Below are positions 11,063 to 20,000 of a stretch of 20,000 nucleotides of DNA, piece after piece (position 1 is the first letter of the stretch; each line of letters opens with the position of its first letter). A model generated the notes under the pieces. It searched no databases. It worked only from the letters and a program-made list of their open reading frames with translations, and was not told where the DNA came from. Made by a program: the position numbers and the translations under genes. The stretch comes from Cirrosporium novae-zelandiae (taxonomy: Eukaryota): positions 1,731,245 through 1,751,244 of the forward strand of contig JAPETS010000001.1 of assembly GCA_026023565.1 (NCBI GenBank), in the 5' to 3' direction.

Positions 11063-13427
11063 ATGAATCCTGTCAATGCGCTCGAGAGCCAGGAGTTGGC
11101 AAAGGGACATGAACCCAAACTGGCAACTCCAGTTCTGGAAAAAGAGCTGGAGTTGAAGGCCAATGATCATCCATCAATAACCGAGGTTGATCCGGACAAA
11201 CCATCGCCGACCGAGGAGGAACTCCAGACTTTGCATCGAGTTCCTGGAAAGGTCCCTTGGCAAGCTTACAGTGTTGGCTTTGTCGAATTTTGCGAGCGTT
11301 TCTCCTACTATGGATGTACTGCCGTTTGTATGTCCACTGTCACTCCAACTAGATTATAAGGTGCTAATAAATATGTCTAGATGTCAATTTCATTCAACAG
11401 CCACTGCCAGATGGGTCCTCCACTGGCGCAGGTTTTTCTGGCCAGTCTGGTGCATTGGGTATGGGTCAGAGAGCTTCAACCGGATTGACAACTTGTAAGC
11501 AAATCCAAACTAATATATTGAGGGTGGTGGGGGACCGGATATTTTCGTACCATGACTTGAGCGAATCGTACATGTCTTTTCACCGCCCTCAACCTCAACC
11601 ATAACGATACAACACTCTCATGCTCACTCATGTATAGTCAACTCGTTCTGGTCATACACAATGCCCCTTGCGGGTGCATATGTAGCTGATCAATACTGGG
11701 GACGCTTCAAGACAATTCAATGTGGTATTGGTCTTGCGCTTCTCGGCCATTTGATCTTGGTCATCTCCGCAATTCCACCTGTCCTCAAGAATCCTCATGG
11801 AGGCCTAGCTGCCTTTACAATTGGATTAGTAATCATGGGCCTTGGAACCGGGGCTTTCAAGCCCAATGTCTCTGTCCTGATCTCAGAGCAGTACAGAGAG
11901 ACAAGGATGTATGTCACCACAGACAAAAAAGGACAACGTGTCATTGTAGACCCTTCATTGACAATCTCCCGAATTTACTTGTGGTTTTATCTGATGATCA
12001 ATATCGGCTCTTTGATTGGCCAGATTACAATGGTATATGCGGAAAAATACGTTGGTTTCTATCTTGCGTTTCTTCTCCCGACACTCATGTTTACCATGGC
12101 CCCCATCGTCTTATTCATATGCCGACACAAGTATATCCTTGCGCCCCCAACCGGTTCCGTTCTTGGAAAGGCCTTGCATTTATGGGCGTTCGCAGCCAAG
12201 GGCCGTTGGTCATGGAACCCAGCAACGACAAGGTATCTAGAAACGCTACAGAGCCTTTGAACATTCAGGTCAGCTAATGGTATTATAGGAAGAACATGTT
12301 GGCCGACGATTTTTGGGAAAAGGCGAAGCCAAGCAACGTAGCGATCAAGCCGAAATGGATGACCTTTGACGATGCCTGGGTAGACGAGGTTCGTCGTGGA
12401 TTGATGGCATGCAGGGTGTTTCTTTGGTATCCGCTTTACTGTAAGTTTTTTACTCTTATCTAATATGGGACCGGTGATTGGTATTTAGCTATTTGTAAAT
12501 TTGAGCACCGAGAAGCTCTCGGTTGGAAATCAATGCCAATGTACTTGGCTAGGGGCTAAATACTAATGACCTGGGACTGTATTTATAACCTAACTGGAGG
12601 CTCACTATTTTATAGGGCTGTGCTATGTCCAGATTAACAACAACATCACATCTCAGGCCGCTACAATGGAGCTTCACGGTGCCCCTAATGATCTGATCCA
12701 GAATCTGGATCCTTTGGCCATCATTATCCTCATTCCTATCCTCGACATCTGGGTTTACCCTGCCATGCGAAAAGCAGGAATCAGATTCACACCATTGAAA
12801 AAGATTGCCTGCGGTTTCTTTGTTGCCGCATGTGGCATGGTGTCAGCAGCCGTGATTCAGTACTATATTTACCACACAGGTGCATGCGGACACTACATGA
12901 ACTCCTGTGATACAGTTGGTAAGCATCTCCAATCCAAGTATCCTCCCATCCCAAACATCATTTCAATCAACCTAAGTTAGATAGAACTAACAAACTATAT
13001 AATTCTAGCTCCAATCAATGTGTGGGTCCAAACAGTGCCATATGTCCTCGTGGCCATGTCCGAGATCCTAGCTTCTGTAACGAGCTTGGAATATGCCTTC
13101 ACCAAAGCACCTAAAAACATGCGATCCACCGTCCAAGCCGTCGCTCTCTTCATGAATGCAATTTCCTCTGCCATTGCCCAAGCCTTTGTCTCCCTGTCAG
13201 ATGACCCCCTTCTCATCTGGAACTATTCTGTCATCGCCATCCTCGCCTTCATCGGTGGCTGCGGCTTCTGGCTGAATAACTATAAGCTGGATAGGGAGGA
13301 GGATAAGCTCAACATGCTTCCGGCGGCGAGCTATTCGGGAAAGACGAGAGACGAAACCAGAGTAGAGGAGGAGGGAGCCGAGATAGTGGGGTCTTCTGTT
13401 GAAGGTGAAATCAACGAGAAGAAGTAA
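11063..13427 (+). CDS. PTR2: POT/PTR family proton-dependent di/tripeptide transporter
   Basis: Exons 11063-11327, 11381-11494, 11638-12232, 12289-12440, 12616-12918, 13009-13427 encode 615 aa. Motifs: VEFCERFSYYG (ExxERFxYYG), GAYVADQYWGRFKTI, GLGTGAFKPNVS, FYLMINIGSL, LEYAFTKAPKNMRS. Confidence 0.96.
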
Positions 13428-14351
13428 TAGGGGATGAGTAGATGGATTGATACAGTACTGTGTATCTGTTAGAGTAGGATAATTAATACAGCGACTCTGT
13501 ATTTATCTACACATTGTATTTATTGCATGTGATTGGTATTGATATTGATGAAACCACAACGTTCTCCTTCAGCAACCAGATCCTAGCTAAGCTGAGAGGT
13601 CCATTTTTTCCATGGTAGTGGTGTGTTATACAAGCATTCCAATCCTACAATCCTAGAACTCCATATACCCCAGCCAGTTTCTTATCAACACCCATCCCAA
13701 TCTCGCCACCAAAAAGTAAACTAAAACACATGCCTGCAACATTTCCCTCTTTTACCCCTGCACGAGCGATAACAAACACTAATTAAGGTTGTCAACCTAC
13801 TACAGTACATACAGTACAAGTCTCAGCACTCCCTGGACTACAACTCCTGAATATCCTATTATTAAATGTCCCCTATTATAATAAGCTTTTTGTCCTGTGG
13901 TATTGATAGATATTTGTGGCGATAAGTACAGCCGTAGCAAGCTGGTTTTTGTTTAGACTTGGTACAGTACAGTGCCGAAACTCTACATGAAATACCGAAA
14001 CCTACACTTCCCGAGGCTGACAATAATAATGACAATGTTACCTCGAATATTTTTTTATCTATTTGGACAAATCAGGATTAGGGAGTTAATCAGCCGTACT
14101 TTGCAAAAAATTCTACGAAATAGCCTACATAGAACATCACCATCTATCTATTAAATCTTAGGAACCCTAATTTTACAATATCATTACGCACACAAAAATG
14201 TAAAAAAATATTTTATTTTATTCCTTTCCTCCCCCCTCTTTACTTTACTTTACTTCGCTTTTGCCACTCCATCACTTACTTAATCCACAACCCCATCCAA
14301 ATCTTCAGCCAACCACACAAGACCTTCTTCTGATCCCAAAGAAAAAGAAAA

Positions 14352-14519
14352 GCGGGACTGGCGCAATGGTAGCGCACCAGACTGTTCGTTTTCCCCTGTT
14401 TTCCCCTGTTTTCCCTTGCTTCCTTAACGTCATCTTTCTTTCTTCCAATTAAAAACTAACGAATGTGTTTGTTATATAGTCTAATCTGGGGGTTGTGAGT
14501 TCGAGTCTCACGTTCCGTG
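14352..14519 (+). tRNA. tRNA-Arg(UCU) gene interrupted between positions 33 and 34 by a 96-nt spliceosomal-type intron (14384-14479)
   Basis: Exons 14352-14383 and 14480-14519 join to a 72-nt cloverleaf. Acceptor stem gcgggac/gttccgt with discriminator G; D arm gcgc-aatggta-gcgc; anticodon arm ccaga-CTTCTAA-tctgg; variable loop gggtt; T arm gtgag-TTCGAGT-ctcac. A-box TGGCGCAATGG and B-box GTTCGAGTC are intact. Confidence 0.88.
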
Positions 14520-14529
14520 CTTTATATTG

Positions 14530-14536
14530 TTTTTTT
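14530..14536 (+). terminator. Oligo-T RNA polymerase III-type terminator of the tRNA gene
   Basis: A T7 run lies 10 nt after the discriminator base, followed by further T runs. Confidence 0.7.
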
Positions 14537-14791
14537 GGTTTTTTTGTTTTGAGTGTGTGGGTTTGATTAGATTAGATTAGATGGAATTTTGTGCGGTTAA
14601 GTATATGTAGGTGTCATTTTTATTGTGTTTGAATTAATTTCAATAATTCCTTGGAGGGTTCCAAGCAGGATGAAGTGGGCAATATACTCGACTTTCCATT
14701 CCCAACATCGCCCTCTTCCATTCTGGTGATAGTGCTGTTGGAAGCATTCAATGAGGAAGGATGCTGACTAAGTGCCGCCAAGGATCTAGGA

Positions 14792-16270
14792 ATGACAACA
14801 GTTCTGTTCGATACAAGACATGATACGAATACATCCGCCATGTCTCACAAAATCTCGGTGGAATTGTCACATTCCACTTGCAATCACGATACCCTGATAT
14901 TAGAATCTTCTGGTTATGTCTCCAAGGTGGATTATACAAGGCCCGCCGAGCAACAACGAGCGGCGGCCACGACAGCACAAGGACGCATCAATTCAAATCC
15001 AAAAGGTAAAAGGAAACGAGGAGTAGAGAACGCGCCTGAATTTTTATTATCAGAATTGTTTCCTGCTCCATTGGTGCTACCCGGGGATGATCTGGCACTA
15101 GATCCTCAATATCCCTCCCAGAGTCTACGCTCATGGGTACGGGAGAAGGAACGCAACAAAGTAACATCTGAGAGGAACACTGTCTATGTGGCAGCGTCTC
15201 CGGAAGTGGGAGCTGACGTTAATTTCATTCGCGCCTGGAGCGAAGTGCAACAACAGGATAACGAGAATCATCCTCCATACCCAACGCAACCTCAGGTGCA
15301 GGATGTTGTAGATTACCTATCTGCTTTCTATTATGGATTGCCCGTCAAGAAGCTCTCTGCGAAGCTCCACTTTACAAGCTGGGATGATGGCCATTCAAAA
15401 ACTAAGAAAGCCAAAACCCGTGCTTCAACACCAAACTTCATTGGACTCAATACCTCTCTTGAATGCGTGCGCATCCGCACCCGACCCTCTAGGGATGACA
15501 TATTTCCTCGCCAACTTAATTTGGATGATCTTCTAGATGCAGCAATAAGTGTATTGCCGGACGATGCGTACGCATTACTAATGCTTGTGCAGCATGACCT
15601 CTTCGAAGAGGAGGACGACCTATTTGTATGCGGTCGAGCATATGGAGGCAGCCGTGTAGCAGTCATCTCTACCGCAAGATACAACCCGGAGCTAGATAGT
15701 GTACAAGACGTAGAGCGAGACCATGCTTGGCCCGCATCACACTGCGAGGAGTATCTACAGGAACGCTGTGCGAGCACCTCGAAACAAATTGGACGACCTA
15801 AAAAGAAGACCAAGACCTCAGCTGCTGCTTCAGACAAGCATAATTCCTCATTCTCGATTTCCATGGATGGTATCACGATTTCCCCGCTGCAGGCTGCCGT
15901 ATCCGCCCACAGAGCTTTACCCTCATTAATAGAAGCACCCTCCACCGCAGCGCTCTCAGGCTTGTGGCTCGGTCGCGTATGCCGCACCTCGAGCCACGAG
16001 CTCGGCCACTGCTTTGGCATGGATCACTGTGTATATTATGCCTGCTCCATGCAGGGCAGCGCATCGCTCACGGAGGATGCCCGACAACCACCATACCTCT
16101 GTCCCGTTGATTTGGCAAAGATGCTACGAGCTACGGGGGCAGATGCGGGGGATCGCTTAGAGGCGCTTCTGGCCTTCTGTGGGCACCGTGATCATGAAGA
16201 TGTTCATTTGTTTAAGGCGTTTGCGGCATGGATTCGGTGTCGGTTGGCAATAATGAAAAACTTGGACTGA
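14792..16270 (+). CDS. Archaemetzincin-like (peptidase family M54) zinc metalloprotease
   Basis: Intronless 492-aa ORF (alternative start ATG 14840). It has the HEXXHXXGXXH motif followed by the archaemetzincin Cys pattern (HELGHCFGMDHCVYYACSMQG...YLCPVDLAK), plus RQLNLDDLLD, DLF...FVCGRA and RVAVISTARY. No obvious signal peptide. Confidence 0.9.
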   Translation: MTTVLFDTRHDTNTSAMSHKISVELSHSTCNHDTLILESSGYVSKVDYTRPAEQQRAAATTAQGRINSNPKGKRKRGVENAPEFLLSELFPAPLVLPGDDLALDPQYPSQSLRSWVREKERNKVTSERNTVYVAASPEVGADVNFIRAWSEVQQQDNENHPPYPTQPQVQDVVDYLSAFYYGLPVKKLSAKLHFTSWDDGHSKTKKAKTRASTPNFIGLNTSLECVRIRTRPSRDDIFPRQLNLDDLLDAAISVLPDDAYALLMLVQHDLFEEEDDLFVCGRAYGGSRVAVISTARYNPELDSVQDVERDHAWPASHCEEYLQERCASTSKQIGRPKKKTKTSAAASDKHNSSFSISMDGITISPLQAAVSAHRALPSLIEAPSTAALSGLWLGRVCRTSSHELGHCFGMDHCVYYACSMQGSASLTEDARQPPYLCPVDLAKMLRATGADAGDRLEALLAFCGHRDHEDVHLFKAFAAWIRCRLAIMKNLD

Positions 16271-16689
16271 AGCTTTAGTAATGATTTAAGAGGATTGGAT
16301 AGATGTATGTGATATGATATTTGATATAGAAAGTCGGCAAAAGAGAGGAATTAGGTTTTTTAAGAATATGCAAAGTGAGATAATTAGATGTTCGCCATTG
16401 CCCATTTCCCGAAGAGCGACATGTGCGGACAATATAAAATGAAATCATCATCATGATCATCAAGAAGGATATATGTGATTCATTGATATACAAGTCTCGT
16501 CGGCGGCAACAGAATTAAAGTTTCAATAAAACCATCAGCCTTGAATCACGACAGCCTTGGATTGATTTTGTTATTTAGCCTAGGGAACAAACCGGTTTCT
16601 TCGGCGTCCTTTTCTTTTCTTTTGCTTCATCCTGGAGAAAGGACTATTCAATACCTTAATACCCACATACATACCTAGTGTACCCGTCA

Positions 16690-19660
16690 AGCACTTCACT
16701 CACTCACACTTACGAATAAACAAATATCATCATCATTCCATCCCTTACCCCAACTTCAGGAAACCCCAGGAAACCTCAGACCTTAGCCCTCCTCCCTCCC
16801 CCCCCCCCACATACAAAAATACTTCAAGAGAGGTTCTTCTCAATAAGTACCATGATGATGATGTACCGCCATCATAGCTCAAAGGTGACATGCGGATAAT
16901 AAAATGAATTATCATTATAACCAACATGATACTATGATTACTATATACATGTACCTCAGCTTCAGAAGGGAGTATGAAGTATGAAAACCAAACCAAACCA
17001 AAACCAAACTTCCTTCTCCTTTCTCCCTTCTCTTTTCTCCTTTCTCTTTTCTCCCTTCTGGGGTAGAATCACCTACTCACCCACTCACTCATCCACTCAC
17101 TCACTCATTCACTCACTCATTTACCCACTACAAATAAGAATGAATGGAATATCCTAGGTTTTCGGCGAATCGGCGTGTGTGTTCCTATTTCTGATAGATT
17201 GATAGATAGTGAAAGCGAGAAAGTGAGCGAGCGAGGGGGGGGGGAGTGAGGGTTGAAATCGGTCGGTGGATCGGGATGTTCGAATTGAAATGTATGGATT
17301 GTGTTGATTCGCCACGGAGAAATAGGGGAAACAGATAGGAAATGGGTAATTATAAAAGAAAAACCGCCATGGTTAATCTAATCGTAAAATCACATACCAA
17401 CACTTTGCCCAACTTCTTCCCCAGACTCTCCTCTCATTCTTCCCCTTTTTGACGTAAGCTACCTAGCCAACAATCTTCTTAACTCTTAACTAAATTAGAT
17501 AAGGAAAAGATAATAAATAAAGAATATACACACACATATATATATATACTCCTCGTTCCCTGAAGCAAAAAAAAAAAAAAAAAATTAAAATGTTGCTATC
17601 CCTATCACTAATTCCTATTACTATCCATCCTAGCATCATCCTGTTTATTTGTTTCAATAATTTTTTTACTCTATTTACTTGATTCCCTTTATTATATTCT
17701 CTATTTAATTCTCGGACTTGATAGATAATAGGTAATAATGTCGATAATAATACTTGAAGTGATTTTTTTAAATTATTTTAAATTATTTTTATTTTTTTAA
17801 GAGGGGGTTAGGAATAAGGGATTGGGAAGTGATGGTGGTATGGAAGATGGGAGGTGGGAAGTAGAAGGGAGGGGAGGTAAGGAGAGGTAAGGAGAGGTAA
17901 AGAGATAAGGGAAAACCAAATAATTCAAACTGATATTTAGCTTAGCCTTGCTGTCCATATCTTTCCTCCCTCCTATCTAGCCCACCCCAACTGTACATCC
18001 CAACACCTCTCCAATTGTTGACTCCCAACTCCCAACTCTTAAATCAAATGCACGACCCTCTTCACCAACCCTCTTACCACTCTCACTCTCACGCCCCCCC
18101 TATACACCCATACACCCATACACCCATACACCCATACACCCATACCCACACCTAGAACACAAAATCCAAAATCCCAAAATCCAAAAACTAAAAACCAGAA
18201 GCATTCCTAACCCCCTTCTTCCAAACCTTTTCAACCTTTTAAGACTTTTTCGGAATTTTTTAAGAGTTTTATGGGTAGTATAGTAGCTATTACAACAGAT
18301 ATAGATGCGACAAACTTGTAGATTTTTTTCTTATGTGTGGGAATTCGATAGCTGAATAGTGGGGGTGGTGCTACGTTACTGGTTTATAACTCTAATGGTG
18401 GCTAAGGGGATTGGTTTTGGGGGATGGGTGTGGGATAAACAATGTGGGATTTGAGGGATAAGGAACGAGGGGGGGTGGGAATGAATAAATAAGGGATGGG
18501 GGAAACTGGAAGAGGTAGATAGATAGGTAGACAGACAGACAGACAACTAAAATAAACCATATAAACCAACCAACCAATCAAGGAAAGAAAATAATTAGTA
18601 GAATCGGGATAGAAAAAAAAGAAAAAAAAAAGAAAAGGTCATTATATCCCCCCCCTCCCCCTTTCACCTCCAAAAAATACCTATCTCAACATTAAAAGAT
18701 TTTCGGATTTTGAAAAAAAAAAAAGGAGTGTTGGGTATTTGGTACGTGGGGAGATAGTAGTAGTAGTAGTAGTAAGGTGTAGAAAATTTTATATATTTAT
18801 TTTTTTTGTTCATCTTTTTTTTGGTTTTTGGTTGGAGGAATAGGGGTTTGTTGGGAAGAGTTTGAATCTTAAAACGCATGTTTTGTTATATTATTCATGT
18901 ATTATATCTTGTATGTTTTTTGTTATTTGTGTGTTATTCCATTCATCTATATCGTACGGGAGGGGTGGGTAATGGGATTTTATAATGTTGAGGAAAGAAA
19001 GGGTGTAAGAGGAGAGGAGAGGAGAGGATTGGATAGGGTATGTATGTATGGATGGATATATATGAAAAAGGGGGCATGAGATGGTATGGTATGGATAAAT
19101 AAAGGTAAATCCTTATTACTCGGGTACTTTTGATCCCCTCCTCTTCTTTTTTTATTCTTTTCCCCCCCCTCCCCCCCTCAAAATAAATTTACAAGATATA
19201 TTAGTGTGTACAAGGCAAGTGTAAACAAGGGATATTATAACTAATATATTTCCATTTCCCATTTCCTTCTCCCCTCCATTTTTTCCCTCCCTTCCACACT
19301 CTCTCTCTCTCTCTATACAAGGCCAAAAAAGGCGGGGATCGTATGTTTAAATAATGCCCACTACTCTAAATTACACAGACCACATTTACAACATATTCAC
19401 CTTCCCTTGACCCCTTGACCCTTTGGCTCTTTCAACCCCCAGATCCTCTCAGACCCTCTCAGACCCTCATTCTGCAAACCAGCGCCAAAGAAATATATAG
19501 TAACTTTTTTTTGGTTTTTTTTTAAAAAAAAATATCCAAACCCAAACCCATTTCATTTAGTTTTATTTTTGTTTTTACTTTGACTTATTCTTACATACTC
19601 GTATTCTTTAACTATAAAACGATATATTTTTTTTTGCAAACTCAACTCTCATAGAAAAGA
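16690..19660. repeat. Microsatellite- and homopolymer-rich non-coding region
   Basis: (CACT)n at ~17077-17120, poly(A)18 at 17567-17584, (GGAGAGGTAA)x3 at 17871-17900, (TACACCCA)x5 at 18103-18142, (TAG)n at ~18754-18773, and alternating purine and pyrimidine tracts. The short ORFs here are low-complexity artefacts. Confidence 0.85.
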
Positions 19661-19668
19661 TGGAATCC

Positions 19669-19747
19669 ATCCAAAAAGATTGTTCTAGTCTTTGGGGATA
19701 AAATCCAAAAAGAATGTTCTAGTCTTTGGGGTTAAAATCAAAAAAGA
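19669..19747 (+). repeat. 34-bp tandem repeat, about 2.3 copies
   Basis: atccaaaaagattgttctagtctttggggataaa at 19669, atccaaaaagaatgttctagtctttggggttaaa at 19703, and a partial third copy at 19737. Confidence 0.9.
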
Positions 19748-19767
19748 AAGGGTGCTTCGCTCGAAAG

Positions 19768-19890
19768 AGTTTTGGAGTAAAAACTGGTAGCTCAACTACT
19801 ACTAAATCAGGTAGTAGAGTTCAATTAAGATTCTCAATAGGATTACATATTAGAGACCTCGAGGTAATCAGAGGTATTATTGCTTTTTAT
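19768..19890 (+). pseudogene. Fragment of a mitochondrial-type LAGLIDADG homing endonuclease (probable NUMT)
   Basis: It translates to SFGVKTGSSTTTKSGSRVQLRFSIGLHIRDLEVIRGIIAFY, resembling the segment after the LAGLIDADG helix (xF.....S.T.K.G.RVQLRFxIxxHxRDxxLxxxIxxYF). Codons are mostly A/T-ending (tta, aga, ggt, ata), as in fungal mtDNA. The LAGLIDADG helix itself is missing. Confidence 0.7.
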
Positions 19891-19969
19891 TCGGGTTATT
19901 ATGATTCGAACATAACAAATCCTCAGCCCAAAAGAGGCGCCTAACCAACCCGGCTCTAACCCGTATACC

Positions 19970-20000
19970 CAGAGAATATCCGATTCGAACGGATGTGGTC
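19970..20000 (-). tRNA. 3' half of a tRNA, truncated by the window edge; resembles fungal mitochondrial tRNA-Ser
   Basis: The minus strand reads gaccac-atccg-TTCGAAT-cggat-attctct-g: a perfect 5-bp T stem with TTCGAAT loop, a 7-nt acceptor strand and discriminator G. No oligo-T terminator follows. The anticodon is outside the window, so the identity rests on recalled similarity only. Confidence 0.6.

Noticed and set aside
12441..12615. TPP riboswitch or box C/D snoRNA in PTR2 intron 4
   Set aside because: It lacks the TPP core motifs (CUGAGA and the downstream conserved junction) and a proper RUGAUGA/CUGA pair.
14352..14519. tRNA-Asn(GUU) with a canonical 37/38 intron
   Set aside because: It would require C at position 37, which is nearly always a purine, and it ignores the exact GT/ACTAAC/AG signals. 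GT-AG excision gives a canonical CU-UCU-AA loop instead.
15331..16020. 229-aa antisense ORF
   Set aside because: It is a shadow of the M54 protease coding strand with no independent features. The same applies to the antisense and alternate-frame ORFs over the MFS, TF and PTR2 genes.
16300..19600. Telomerase RNA gene, suggested by the long gene-free region and the pseudoknot-like pairing
   Set aside because: There is no plus-strand CCCTAA-type template upstream of the pairing. The 8-nt gggttagg at ~17805 is expected by chance in G-rich simple sequence.
19669..19747. CRISPR-like array
   Set aside because: The repeats are directly adjacent with no spacers, and the context is eukaryotic.

Overview
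Eukaryotic, intron-rich fungal DNA: GT-AG introns of about 45-175 nt with CTRAC-like branch sites. It is a filamentous ascomycete, and a Leotiomycete/Sclerotiniaceae-like origin is my inference only. Six protein-coding genes can be reconstructed exon by exon: (1) a CorA-like membrane protein whose last 3' splice site appears mutated; (2) a Dal5/allantoate-family MFS permease (- strand), divergent from (3) a fold-type IV PLP enzyme with a rewired active site; (4) a UaY/Ppr1-like Zn2Cys6 transcription factor; (5) a PTR2/POT peptide transporter with two strongly base-paired long introns; (6) an intronless archaemetzincin (M54)-like metalloprotease. The most striking feature is a tRNA gene at 14352-14519. 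Its anticodon loop is split at the non-canonical 33/34 position by a 96-nt intron with full spliceosomal signals (GTTCGT...ACTAAC...TAG). Removing that intron gives a well-formed 72-nt tRNA-Arg(UCU). The window ends in microsatellite-rich DNA and a probable NUMT (LAGLIDADG fragment plus a tRNA 3' half).
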